Positions 19,305-28,968 of a DNA stretch of 64,000 nt are shown one piece after another. How positions within the stretch are numbered: position 1 is the stretch's first letter; the number at the start of each line of letters is the position of its first letter. The position numbers and the translations under genes were made by a program. Below the pieces are notes generated by a model, which saw nothing but the letters and a program-made list of their open reading frames with translations, had not been told where the DNA came from and did not search any database. Origin of the DNA: Candidatus Neomicrothrix parvicella RN1 (GTDB lineage Bacteria; Actinomycetota; Acidimicrobiia; Acidimicrobiales; VFJN01); assembly GCA_945898515.1 (NCBI GenBank), contig CAMDIH010000002.1, positions 6,603 through 70,602 of the forward strand, read 5' to 3'.

Positions 19305-20399
19305 TTAAGGCAACACAACCAGATCGTCGCGGTGCACCACCTCATGCGGCATGGCCTCGGGTAGGTCGGCGGTTCGTTTTCCCGCCACCGTGGCCAGGTC
19401 GAGGGAACTCATCCGGGTAAGCCCCTTGGCAAACACCCGTCCGTCGGGACCGGCGATCTCCACGGCATCGTCAACCTCGAAACGCCCCGTCACAGTGTGC
19501 ACCCCGGCGGCAAGCAAGGAGACGCCGCGGTCCACCAAGGCGCCGCGAGCGCCCTCATCCACCACGATCGTGCCACTGGACCCCACCGCAAAGGCGATCC
19601 ACAACTTGCGGGCCGGGAGCCGACTGCTCTTGGGCAGCACCACCGTCCCCGCCCCCGCCGCCCCTTGCACTGCCGCTTCCAGCACTCCATCGCGCGAAGC
19701 CTGGGCGATGACGGCTCGCACCCCAGACCAGGCGGCGATCTTAGCGGCAGCCAACTTGGAGGCCATCCCGCCGCTCCCGCGCTCCGATCCGGTTCCGCCG
19801 GCCATCGCTTCCATGGATTGATCCACTTCCACGATCTCCTCGATCAGCGAGGCGTTGGAGTCCAGACGCGGGTCAGCCGTGAGTAGACCAGGAGTGTCGG
19901 TGAGCAAGACGAGAAGGTCGGCGGCCACCAGATGGGCGACCAGCGCCGCCAGACGATCGTTGTCGCCAAAGCGAATCTCGTCGTCGGCGATGGCATCGTT
20001 CTCGTTCACGACCGGCACCACGCCGATTTCCAGCAGACGGCCAAGGGTGGCCCGGGCATGGAGGTATTGCTGACGCACCATAAAATCCAGGGGAGCGAGG
20101 AGGATTTGGCCGGCCACGAGGCCGTGGTCGGCGAGGGCGCTTTCGTAGACCCGCATCAGTCGTGTCTGTCCCACCGCCGACGCCGCCTGGAGCGTCACGG
20201 CATCACGAGGCCGGTCCCCGCTGGTGTAGCCGAGGGCGGGAAGGCCCGACGCAATCGCCCCAGAGGTCACGATGACCACAAGATGACCGTTGGTGCGCAG
20301 GGCGGCCACCTCGCCGCAAAACTTCGTAATGGCGGCGGCGTTGATCTCGCCCCCGGCCGCAGTGATCGACGACGTACCTATTTTGGCGACAACGATCAT
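19305..20399 (-). CDS. proB: glutamate 5-kinase
   Basis: 'VVAKIGTSSIT' and 'NENDAIADDEIRFGDNDRLAALVA', with a C-terminal PUA-like region. Confidence 0.9.
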   Translation of the reverse strand: MIVVAKIGTSSITAAGGEINAAAITKFCGEVAALRTNGHLVVIVTSGAIASGLPALGYTSGDRPRDAVTLQAASAVGQTRLMRVYESALADHGLVAGQILLAPLDFMVRQQYLHARATLGRLLEIGVVPVVNENDAIADDEIRFGDNDRLAALVAHLVAADLLVLLTDTPGLLTADPRLDSNASLIEEIVEVDQSMEAMAGGTGSERGSGGMASKLAAAKIAAWSGVRAVIAQASRDGVLEAAVQGAAGAGTVVLPKSSRLPARKLWIAFAVGSSGTIVVDEGARGALVDRGVSLLAAGVHTVTGRFEVDDAVEIAGPDGRVFAKGLTRMSSLDLATVAGKRTADLPEAMPHEVVHRDDLVVLP

Positions 20400-20453
20400 G
20401 GGAGCAGGTTACGTGGCGGCGGCTCTCTCCTCGCGCCGGAGTTGCCTTCAGCC

Positions 20454-21695
20454 TTAGGAGTCGTCTTCGTAATCGAAGGCCAAGCGGCCGATGTGCACCG
20501 TCTCGCCATGCTTCGCGCCGGCCCGCGCCAGGGCCTTGTCGATACCGATTGCCTTGAGGCGACGGTGGGCCTCATCGAGGGCTTCCACGTTGGTGAGGTC
20601 CGACAGGGCCACGGCCCGTTCAGCCTGCCGACCAATCACTTCCCAATCGCCGCTAATGTCGCGCTGCACTCGATAGCCCTCGGCGGCGGGACGATGCACC
20701 ACGAAGGCATCCGGCTCGGGCAACTGCTGCCGTGCTTGCTGCACCTGCTGGGCCATCGCCAACACCAGGGGGCGTATCCCCCGACCGGTCACGGCGGCGA
20801 TGCGTTCCCCGGAAAATTCCAGGGCCGGATCAGCGAGGTCGGCCCGTGAGCCCAGCACGATTCGGGGGCGGTCGAGCAGGTCGGGTTGGTACTGGCCCAG
20901 TTCGTTCAAAAGGATGCGTTCCTGCTCGGCGGGTGGGTGTTCGGCAACGGAGGCGAGATCGAGCATCACCACGAGCACACGGGCGCGTTCTACGTGGCGC
21001 AGGAACTGATGTCCAAGACCGCGTCCTTCGCTAGCCCCCTCGATCAGACCGGGGAGGTCGGCCACCACGAACTCGCTGTCCTCCCCTACCCGAACCACCC
21101 CGAGGTTTGGCTCGAGGGTGGTGAAGGGGTAGTCGGCGATCTTAGGTTTCGCCGCCGAGATGGTGGCGATGAGGGTGGATTTGCCGACGCTCGGGAACCC
21201 CACGAGGGCCACGTCGGCCATCAATTTCAGTTCGAGCCGTAGCCAGTGCTCCTCGCCGATCTCGCCCTGCTCGGCAAAGGCCGGGGCGCGCCGCCGGTTC
21301 GACAGGAACCGTGCGTTGCCACGTCCGCCCCGGCCACCATCAGCGGCGAGCCAGCGGTCGCCCGGTTGCACCAAGTCCGCCAGCACCACCCCGGCTTGGT
21401 CTTTCACCACGGTGCCTTCGGGTACCGGCACCAGGAGGTCACCGCCGCCTTTCCCGTGCTTTCGTTGGCCCTGGCCATGCGTGCCGCCTTTGGCCGCCCG
21501 GTGGGGGTGATCCTTGAACGCAATCAGCGACGAGACGTTGCGGTCCACCACGAGCCACACTCCGCCGCCGAGGCCGCCGTCGCCACCATCGGGCCCGCCG
21601 AAGGGGACATGTGCCTCTCTCCGGAAACTTACCGACCCCGCGCCCCCATCCCCGGCCTTCACATGGAGCCCACATTCGTCTACGAATTGCGACAC
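20454..21695 (-). CDS. obgE: GTPase Obg/CgtA
   Basis: Obg fold 'FVDECGLHVKAGDGGAGSVSFRRE...GGPDGGDGG'. G1 'GFPSVGKST' and G3 'DLPGLIEGA'. Confidence 0.92.
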   Translation of the reverse strand: MSQFVDECGLHVKAGDGGAGSVSFRREAHVPFGGPDGGDGGLGGGVWLVVDRNVSSLIAFKDHPHRAAKGGTHGQGQRKHGKGGGDLLVPVPEGTVVKDQAGVVLADLVQPGDRWLAADGGRGGRGNARFLSNRRRAPAFAEQGEIGEEHWLRLELKLMADVALVGFPSVGKSTLIATISAAKPKIADYPFTTLEPNLGVVRVGEDSEFVVADLPGLIEGASEGRGLGHQFLRHVERARVLVVMLDLASVAEHPPAEQERILLNELGQYQPDLLDRPRIVLGSRADLADPALEFSGERIAAVTGRGIRPLVLAMAQQVQQARQQLPEPDAFVVHRPAAEGYRVQRDISGDWEVIGRQAERAVALSDLTNVEALDEAHRRLKAIGIDKALARAGAKHGETVHIGRLAFDYEDDS

Positions 21696-21822
21696 GCCTG
21701 CAGGTTAGGGGAGCGGTCTCCGGGTGGGAGAACCCACAGGGCACATCTCCGGTACCGCGTTCCTCCCGCCGCGACGATCGCAGCGGCGTTCAAGCATAAG
21801 CCCAGGGGCCAACAAACCCCTC

Positions 21823-23190
21823 CTACAGCTCAAGACCGATATCGAGTTCCGGTTCGGTGGTCGGGCCAGTGGGCGACGTGTTGACCGTCGTGGTGCTGTT
21901 GCCCTGGAACTCGTACGATCCGGCCACGACGATTCCGTCGATGACACGGTCTGAGGTTCCGGTCATCGTGATCCTCGCCCCCAACGCGTAGATGCTACCC
22001 ATTCCGCTGCCTGCGGTGCCGCCGAGGCTCATCACAGTGCCGTTGCTCCGCCGTTGGTAGATCGACAGTCCGGCATAGGTGGAGCCGGCTGTCTGTCCGG
22101 CCTGGTAGGGAAGCAACTGCACGGTGCCGTTACCAGTGTGCGACAACGACCCGTTGTAGAAGTACATCAGCACCCCGCCCGCTGCGGCGCTGCACGTCGG
22201 GCATCTCACGTTGTTATTTCTCGGGTTGAAACTGCCATTGAACCAATACACCCCTGGCGCCATGTTGACTGTGTTGTTGCCGTTGGGCGAGGAGCAACCG
22301 GAGCCGAAGTAGCCCGGGCTCATGGCCAGACCACAGACCCCCACTGCCGTGGGCACCGACGGGGTGGCACCGTTACAAGCAGTGGCCGCGAGAGGATCAC
22401 ACACGGTGTCGGGTAGAGCTGCGAACGGGTCGGGGAAGGAATCGGCGCCCTCGACCACGCTGCCAACGTTCTGAGCATCCACGCAATCGGTAATGGTGCC
22501 CCCGGCGGCTACCAACTCCGCGGTGAGCGTGAAATTGGCACAACCACCACCAGCCATGCAGATAGCAGGGTTCGACGTACTGTTCGAAAGCAGGGCGCCG
22601 CCCTGGATCACGACCTCAGTGTTGCCGTTGAACTGCACCGTACAGGTGGTTGGGTTCATTGCCATCATGCCAATTTCGGTCCCGGGAGCGGCCTGTATCC
22701 TCCGGGCTACTGACTCCCGGCACACGGTGATCGGGTCCGCCGACCATACCTTCGAAAACAGGGCCGGGTTGGCCTCACAGATCTCCACGCGTACCAGGTT
22801 GTAGGAGGGGACCGTCGAATCATTTAGCGCGTAGGGCGTGGTGGCGGTCACGGTGGCGGCCCCCACGGTGAAGGTGCAGGTGTCTCCTTGGGAGGCGCAG
22901 GCCGGGCCTACGGCGTTGTCGTCCAACGAGGACGCCGCGTAGGTCCGGGCCGTATTGCGCGCGGTGAGAGCCATGGCGGGATCTAGTGCCGCCAACGGAA
23001 GGTCCTGAGAGCCCGCCAGGGCGGCGGCATCGGCTGCCCCTTGCACGTTGCGGGCGGTCTGACGGGCATTGCCGAGGTCGACGACGAACGCCGTCACCCC
23101 GAGCAAACTGGTCATCAGCAGGACTGAGAGGATCAACACGGCCCCCCGTTCCCCACGGACGGCGGCGGTTTTTGGGTTCGTTAGCACCAT
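21823..23190 (-). CDS. TadG-like Flp-pilus assembly pseudopilin
   Basis: N-terminus 'ERGAVLILSVLLMTSLLGVTAFVVDLGNARQTARNVQGAADAAALAGSQDL' (TadG/Tad_N pattern). C-terminal 'GVYWFNGS...GSIYALGARITMTG' is typical of the TadG C-domain. The ORF extends to 23226. Confidence 0.7.
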   Translation of the reverse strand: MVLTNPKTAAVRGERGAVLILSVLLMTSLLGVTAFVVDLGNARQTARNVQGAADAAALAGSQDLPLAALDPAMALTARNTARTYAASSLDDNAVGPACASQGDTCTFTVGAATVTATTPYALNDSTVPSYNLVRVEICEANPALFSKVWSADPITVCRESVARRIQAAPGTEIGMMAMNPTTCTVQFNGNTEVVIQGGALLSNSTSNPAICMAGGGCANFTLTAELVAAGGTITDCVDAQNVGSVVEGADSFPDPFAALPDTVCDPLAATACNGATPSVPTAVGVCGLAMSPGYFGSGCSSPNGNNTVNMAPGVYWFNGSFNPRNNNVRCPTCSAAAGGVLMYFYNGSLSHTGNGTVQLLPYQAGQTAGSTYAGLSIYQRRSNGTVMSLGGTAGSGMGSIYALGARITMTGTSDRVIDGIVVAGSYEFQGNSTTTVNTSPTGPTTEPELDIGLEL

Positions 23191-23777
23191 GACCAGTTGT
23201 CTCCTGACGGGTCGGTTTCGTCCCACGTTGTGGTATTTCCGGGATCAATGGAGGCGCCCATCGATTTTTCGGCGCGCATCGTGATCTGCGTACGCAGCGG
23301 CAGGCCACCGACCAGCGGGGTAAACAGCCCGGTGATCGAATTCACTAGGCGCGTCTCACAGATCTGCACTGAATTGTCCTTCCACGTTGAAGCGTTGGGA
23401 TCCGCCACAACCCTCACCGCCACCCGCACGGAGTTGCCCAGGCCCGTTCGGGCCTTGGTTTGGCAGATGATTCTTTGCACATCGGCGGTGGCGGCGGCGG
23501 CATCGCCATTGATCCCGCAACTCGTCACCGTTCCGTAATTCTTGACAACCGCCTCCCGGGCGCCTTCTCGGGCACCCTGCCGAATGGACTGATAGTCGTT
23601 GAAGGTCAGCCCAAATTCGATAATCCCGAATAACAGGAGAAGCAGAAGTGGGGCGATTATCGCGAACTCCACCAAGGAGGCGCCTCGTTCGCCAGCGCCG
23701 CGCCGTGAGGCGGTGGACGCCGTTGCGCTCATTGAACTTTGGGCTCCGGATCGGCGATCCCGCCGTTGAGTAGTCAT
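23181..23777 (-). CDS. TadE-like pseudopilin
   Basis: 'ERGASLVEFAIIAPLLLLLLFGIIEFGLTFNDYQSI' is the TadE N-terminal motif. Confidence 0.75.
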   Translation of the reverse strand: MTTQRRDRRSGAQSSMSATASTASRRGAGERGASLVEFAIIAPLLLLLLFGIIEFGLTFNDYQSIRQGAREGAREAVVKNYGTVTSCGINGDAAAATADVQRIICQTKARTGLGNSVRVAVRVVADPNASTWKDNSVQICETRLVNSITGLFTPLVGGLPLRTQITMRAEKSMGASIDPGNTTTWDETDPSGDNWSWC

Positions 23778-23802
23778 TCGGTTCCTCGTGTTTGGGTTGA
23801 TG

Positions 23803-24789
23803 TCATGCCGCCTGCGCCGCCGCTTCGACCACGTTCACGTAGGGCATCTGGAGGGCGTCGGCCAAGCGGACCAGGTTGCGGGGCACCGGACGGCTCCGGC
23901 CGTGCACCCAACGGCTCACGGTTGCCTCGGTGGTGCCCACCAGATCGGCCAGGTCCGCAGAACACAGCCCCAGTTCGCGCTGGCGAGACAGGATGAGATC
24001 GCCCAGGGTCGTGGTGACTACCCGCCGGGGCAGGGCGGCGACCAGCGAGGCCATCTCCACCGACAATACGGCGGCCAAGCGGGTGAGTTGTTTCGGACCC
24101 GGGACCCGGTAGCCAAGTTCCCACGACACCACGCTGCGGACCGACACGCCCAGGGCCTCGGCCATGTCCGCTCGGTTGAGCCGGAGTTCCTGGCGGCGGG
24201 CGCCGACGAACTGGCCGAAAGCGGGCCATTTGGCAAAGTCCACGACGAAGGGAACGGCACACAAGGTGGCCACTGCGACCTCGCTGATGCCCAGGAACGT
24301 TCCGATCTTGGCGAACCATTGAATCCCGGGGGCTGATCGGCCGGTCTCCCACCCGGCGTAGGTGGCATGGGGCACGTCCATAGCCTTCACAACCGCCGCC
24401 TGTGTCGTGCCTCGCTCTTTCCGCTCGGCGACAAGTCGACGAGCGATGGCGGGCAGTTCGGGAACAGGATCGGCCGTCGCCGGCCAGTCAGCGGCGCCCA
24501 GGGAGACGAGGGCGATCAACCGCACCAACCGTGCTTCGGAGGGCTGCACCGAGCCGTTCTCCCATAACCGGATGGTCTCCTCGCTCACCCCCAATTGGGC
24601 GGCCAGCTCGGTACGACGCATGCCCGCTGCCCGTCTGGCTGCCTCCAGGTGGCCCCCGAGACGGGGAGACCACAGCAGCGGCGTTTCATCAGTGCCCACG
24701 AACGCTCCCCTTCGGTCTTCCCGGCGGCGGGACGAGGGCGATTCCTGGCCCGCCACCGACCCCGACACTACGCATGATTTGGGTAACAT
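23803..24789 (-). CDS. transcriptional regulator with four tandem XRE-type helix-turn-helix domains
   Basis: Four repeats of about 60 aa, each with an HTH_XRE-like core: 'LAAQLGVSEETIRLWENGSVQP', 'VVKAMDVPHATYAGWETGRSAP', 'MAEALGVSVRSVVSWELGYRVP', 'LADLVGTTEATVSRWVHGRSRP'. Start uncertain. Confidence 0.7.
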   Translation of the reverse strand: MLPKSCVVSGSVAGQESPSSRRREDRRGAFVGTDETPLLWSPRLGGHLEAARRAAGMRRTELAAQLGVSEETIRLWENGSVQPSEARLVRLIALVSLGAADWPATADPVPELPAIARRLVAERKERGTTQAAVVKAMDVPHATYAGWETGRSAPGIQWFAKIGTFLGISEVAVATLCAVPFVVDFAKWPAFGQFVGARRQELRLNRADMAEALGVSVRSVVSWELGYRVPGPKQLTRLAAVLSVEMASLVAALPRRVVTTTLGDLILSRQRELGLCSADLADLVGTTEATVSRWVHGRSRPVPRNLVRLADALQMPYVNVVEAAAQAA

Positions 24790-25052
24790 TCACCATTATT
24801 CCAAAGAGTATGACCAGGCCGGATCAGCCTGTCAACACCTGATTCCAGAGCCAGGGACCACCTGCGCTGATAATCCGTGTAGCAATACTGCCAGAAGGCC
24901 TAGCGGGGTGGAAACGCGCTACGCCACCTCATGGGGCCATACGGGAGGAACATCCCGCTCTCTGGAAACGGCGGCAACGGCGGACGCGCCCGAAACCTCC
25001 GCCGTCGGAACCAAGGGTGGGGCACGCACTATCGAAGACGGATCCGATCCGA

Positions 25053-27383
25053 CTACTTCGTGAGCCGCAGGGGATTGCCTTCGATCCGGGTCGTCCACGT
25101 GGTGACATCGGTCGCCGTGTCCTCAAAGTCGTATTTGATCCCCCACCAGCAGGAGTTGGCGGTCGTCTCTGGGTCTACCCCCATGGTGCAGGTGTAGGTG
25201 GTTGGGATCGTGATGCGGATCTGCAACCATTCGCCGTTGTATTTCTGGTCGTCGGTGCGCACCATGCACGTTGAGTTGTTGTCGGAAGCATGCGGGGTCA
25301 ACACCTGGGTGCCGGTCCCTCCACCAGCCGAATTGTTCTGCGCAGGGTTTGGGAAGGGCGATGCGGTGTATTTGCAGGTTGCGGCAGGCACGTGGACGGT
25401 GGGTTTGGGCGCCGAGGGCGAGGGCTTCATCACAAAGAGATCGGCGTCACCGTTTACATCACCAGCATCGTAAAGATTGACCACGAGGACTCGACCGTTG
25501 TACTGCGGGCCCACCTCAGCAAGGTAGAAGGTGGCATCGCCCTCCGTAACGTTGTTAAAGATGGTCATGTCAGAGTGTGCGGCCAGCCTTGGCTGCAATG
25601 TCGCGCCACAGTTGCCCTGTGCACAAGCCTGCACGGCGTAACCGTTCAGACCGGAACCGGTAGTACCATTGGTGCGAACGTTGAGGAGATACGTCTCTCC
25701 CGACGAAACCCCATTGAGCGTGCACAAGGTCTTCCACTGCCCCCTGAAGTCCGACTGCGAGCCGAGTTTCCAGTGGCAACTACCCTCGGTTGTGTCGCCC
25801 GGGCTCGACCCCACCAGGCTGCGCACTGCAAAATCAAGAGCGTTGTTCTGCTGATACACCGTGTATTCCGTCTCGAAGGCCCCGTTGACAGCCCCATTCG
25901 AAACATTGATCGCTGCATCCCCCGCCAGTGTGGAGGTGCTTCCCGACGGGTTGCTGCTCGCATCAAACACCGACACAACAATCGCGCCGCTCAAGCCGGC
26001 AGGAATTTTGATCGTGTACCAATAACCCCTGTTTGCATCGGTCGAAGGGCGATACATCAGATTGTCTCCACTGGTGCAGTTGGCGGTGATGTAGCAGCGA
26101 ACTGAGTAGGGATCCCCATTTGGGGCCACGGTGCCCGGACCATTGATGAGCGCCCAGAAACCAGGGCTGCGGGTGGAAGCGATCGGATTCGTACCGGGTA
26201 TGGGCGGATGTGTGGTGGTGACGATGGTGGCCACGGCGGGGTTAGTGGTGACGATGGTGGGCGTCACCAACCAATTACACAACCGGTTACCGTCACTGTC
26301 TTTCCCAGCGACGGCCTTATCGGCGTTGCCGCCTCCGTCTTTGAGGAGTTGATAGTCATTCTGACCATTGCCCTTCCACCATCCCGACCCAGCCGTCACG
26401 CCACTCCCCCTCAGGTGGGTGTCGTTCGGCTCGTAACCAGTGCGGCACTTTGTAGTCGTCGGGACTTTGGTGGCATATGCCGGGGGTAGCGACGAAAGGA
26501 TGGTGGTCCATTTCGTCCAACTACATTTCGTGCTCGGTGCGCCGCTGGTCGAACTGCTGTAAGTGGGGACATTCGCGGTCAGTACCCACTGGCCCTGTGT
26601 GGCGTTCCCGCCGTCTGTCTTCACGGCGCAGGGGGACGAGAGCGGCGGTCGGGTCGTATAGTCCGGCGGGGGAAACGAGTTAGATCCAGCGGCGGAGCCG
26701 TCGGTGGGCGATCCGACGGGCAGAACGTTCCATTTGCACTGCGTGTTCCCCGACCAGCCGGTGCCGTTGAAGGACCCACTGGTCGGCCATGCGCCGAGAC
26801 CCTGGCTGGAGCTTGTCCCAATGTTGCACGGACGATTCGAGGGGGCCACCGTGGTGTAGGTGGTCGGGGTCGACACGGAGTACGTGTCGGGTTGAGGGAT
26901 ATCAGGCTGTACCGTCTTTCTGGCATCACCTCCGAAGTAGTGCAGGGGACTCCCCATCGGTGTCGGGAGGTGGAATACGGCTTCGGAGGTACGGACGATC
27001 GTCTGCTTGCCTCGAAAAACCTGCGAGAAATATCGATCCACGTCGGTATCAGTCAATGTGACGATAAGCGAGTTCTCGTCGTCCCCCTGCGCGGTGGCCA
27101 CCAACAGGCTGTCGATTCCGGCCTCCAGACCGTTCTGCTTCAGATTGGCGCGGGCCACTGTGTTGGCCGTGGCGACGTCGGGCATATACGGCGCGCCCGC
27201 CAAGGCGGCTGCGTCGGCGGCGGTTTGAAGGTTATTAGCCCTCGTATACCAACTAGCGAGATCCACCCCAAAGGCTGCGAAAATCATCATCGGGACCAGC
27301 AGCAATGACGTCAAGATCAGGGCAACCCCCATCTCACCCACACCCCATTGGCGTTTCGGTTTGGTCATCGAACGGTCGTCCAT
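25053..27383 (-). CDS. large TadG-like pseudopilin / secreted protein
   Basis: N-terminus 'MGVALILTSLLLVPMMIFAAFGVDLASWYTRANNLQTAADAAALAGAPYMPD' (TadG pattern), followed by about 650 aa that are Thr/Ser/Gly/Asn-rich with scattered Cys and no recognised domain. The ORF extends to 27566; start chosen just downstream of the upstream gene's stop. Confidence 0.65.
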   Translation of the reverse strand: MDDRSMTKPKRQWGVGEMGVALILTSLLLVPMMIFAAFGVDLASWYTRANNLQTAADAAALAGAPYMPDVATANTVARANLKQNGLEAGIDSLLVATAQGDDENSLIVTLTDTDVDRYFSQVFRGKQTIVRTSEAVFHLPTPMGSPLHYFGGDARKTVQPDIPQPDTYSVSTPTTYTTVAPSNRPCNIGTSSSQGLGAWPTSGSFNGTGWSGNTQCKWNVLPVGSPTDGSAAGSNSFPPPDYTTRPPLSSPCAVKTDGGNATQGQWVLTANVPTYSSSTSGAPSTKCSWTKWTTILSSLPPAYATKVPTTTKCRTGYEPNDTHLRGSGVTAGSGWWKGNGQNDYQLLKDGGGNADKAVAGKDSDGNRLCNWLVTPTIVTTNPAVATIVTTTHPPIPGTNPIASTRSPGFWALINGPGTVAPNGDPYSVRCYITANCTSGDNLMYRPSTDANRGYWYTIKIPAGLSGAIVVSVFDASSNPSGSTSTLAGDAAINVSNGAVNGAFETEYTVYQQNNALDFAVRSLVGSSPGDTTEGSCHWKLGSQSDFRGQWKTLCTLNGVSSGETYLLNVRTNGTTGSGLNGYAVQACAQGNCGATLQPRLAAHSDMTIFNNVTEGDATFYLAEVGPQYNGRVLVVNLYDAGDVNGDADLFVMKPSPSAPKPTVHVPAATCKYTASPFPNPAQNNSAGGGTGTQVLTPHASDNNSTCMVRTDDQKYNGEWLQIRITIPTTYTCTMGVDPETTANSCWWGIKYDFEDTATDVTTWTTRIEGNPLRLTK

Positions 27384-27387
27384 CGCC

Positions 27388-27984
27388 CTATCCATCCAGA
27401 TCCGGTTGAAGGCGGAACACGCTCTGGCGTGTAAGGGTAAGGCTGTCGAAAAACGCCCCCGTCTTGGCCGTGTAGGTGGTTCTGAGGTAGATCCCAATCG
27501 AGTCGGGCGTGCCCGCCAGGCTGTCAACTCGGGTGGTTCCCAACCAGTAGTCGTCGGCACTACCAAGGGACGTGCTACTGGTCACGCTTCGCACGGTGTC
27601 GCCCCTGTAGGTGTTGCAGGAGTTGGACACACCGGCCTGACTGGTGGAGCCAACCACCGGAAGGCAGCCGGATGGCACCGTGCCGCTGGCGTTGGTGGAC
27701 TTATAGATCACCACCCGGTCAAGGTTGGCGAGGGCCTCACTGGACAGGGATGCTCGCAACGCTACGAGAATGGTGCGGTCGGCGTTGGCGTCGGCCCCCA
27801 CGCTGGCACCCACTCGACTAGCCGTCGCCACGGCTGATCCAACCCGGCTCTGGGCGGTCCACGCCAAACCCATCTCAACCGTCCCAAACACCATGAGACA
27901 AAGAAAAGGCACAACAATGGCGAACTCAACCAGCACAGCACCGCCGTCGCTGCGTCGGCGGGCTCGGCGGGCGGTCCTGCCCAT
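27388..27984 (-). CDS. TadE-like pseudopilin
   Basis: 'DGGAVLVEFAIVVPFLCLMVFGTVEMGLAWTAQS' is the TadE N-terminal motif. Confidence 0.75.
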   Translation of the reverse strand: MGRTARRARRRSDGGAVLVEFAIVVPFLCLMVFGTVEMGLAWTAQSRVGSAVATASRVGASVGADANADRTILVALRASLSSEALANLDRVVIYKSTNASGTVPSGCLPVVGSTSQAGVSNSCNTYRGDTVRSVTSSTSLGSADDYWLGTTRVDSLAGTPDSIGIYLRTTYTAKTGAFFDSLTLTRQSVFRLQPDLDG

Positions 27985-28781
27985 CAGTTGCTGTCCTCTA
28001 CGGAATAGATCCGAGGCTCAAGCAGTACAACGGCGCGGCCAGTGATCGTCTTGGTGCTGCCGAAAAACCCGGTGTAATAGCGGTGAGTGGACCCGATGGC
28101 CACCCCGAGGTGATCGGCGTATATCGAGTTGCCGGCCGCTCCGCGCGGGGAGATCGCCACCTTACGATTGGTGGCCGCCCATTTGCAGTCCACTTTGACT
28201 GCCGCCGCTGTGTCGGATGGGCCGCTGCATCCGAAGTAGTAGGCGGCGGGCTGCGCGGCGGCTCCCGTCGCCATGTCCAACGCTCCACCGGGTTGACCGG
28301 GCTTCACGTACACATTGCACGCCCCGGCCGAACTCACACCGCCGTCGTACACGCCTAGTGAAGAAGTGTTGACTACGCCTCCCGTAACCGCGTTCGCACA
28401 AGCGGCCGGAACGGCCTCACCCGTAGCGAGGGCCCTCCAGATAATGACGTACTCAATGTCGCCCATGGGAATCCCACTGGTCTCTTCGGACATGCTCGCC
28501 AAGATGGACTGATCGGCCAAGGCGTCATTGCCGGCGATACCCGCAACACGGGCCCCCATCGCCACGGAGTGGGACGCCGAGGAATGCGACTTCATCAGCC
28601 CACCCATCTCGATCACCCCGAAGAGCAGAGCCATCAACAGCGGACCGACCAGTGCCATCTCAACCACCGACGCCCCGCGATCGGGTGTCAGCCCCGACCG
28701 GTTGCCCGCCCAACGGAGCCCACGAGGCCTCCATGCGCTCCAACGTGATAGCGGGTTCGGCACCCTCGGCCTCCTCAACAT
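27984..28781 (-). CDS. TadE-like pseudopilin
   Basis: 'DRGASVVEMALVGPLLMALLFGVIEMGGLMKSH' is the TadE N-terminal motif. Its stop overlaps the start of the next TadE gene. Confidence 0.7.
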   Translation of the reverse strand: MLRRPRVPNPLSRWSAWRPRGLRWAGNRSGLTPDRGASVVEMALVGPLLMALLFGVIEMGGLMKSHSSASHSVAMGARVAGIAGNDALADQSILASMSEETSGIPMGDIEYVIIWRALATGEAVPAACANAVTGGVVNTSSLGVYDGGVSSAGACNVYVKPGQPGGALDMATGAAAQPAAYYFGCSGPSDTAAAVKVDCKWAATNRKVAISPRGAAGNSIYADHLGVAIGSTHRYYTGFFGSTKTITGRAVVLLEPRIYSVEDSN

Positions 28782-28968
28782 GGCACGGGCCCAAAGCGGC
28801 AGGCCATCGAATATGTCCTCTGGAACTACAGAAAACCGTACCGAGGGCCATCGGGCCCGACATGAGTCAAAATGCCTTATTTCCGGGCAAATCCCTCGGG
28901 AATAGGGCGCGCCGAAGAGACGGGGCGAGCCCTCAGGCCGAAGTGGCTAAGACAATGCGCCCCGGGAG

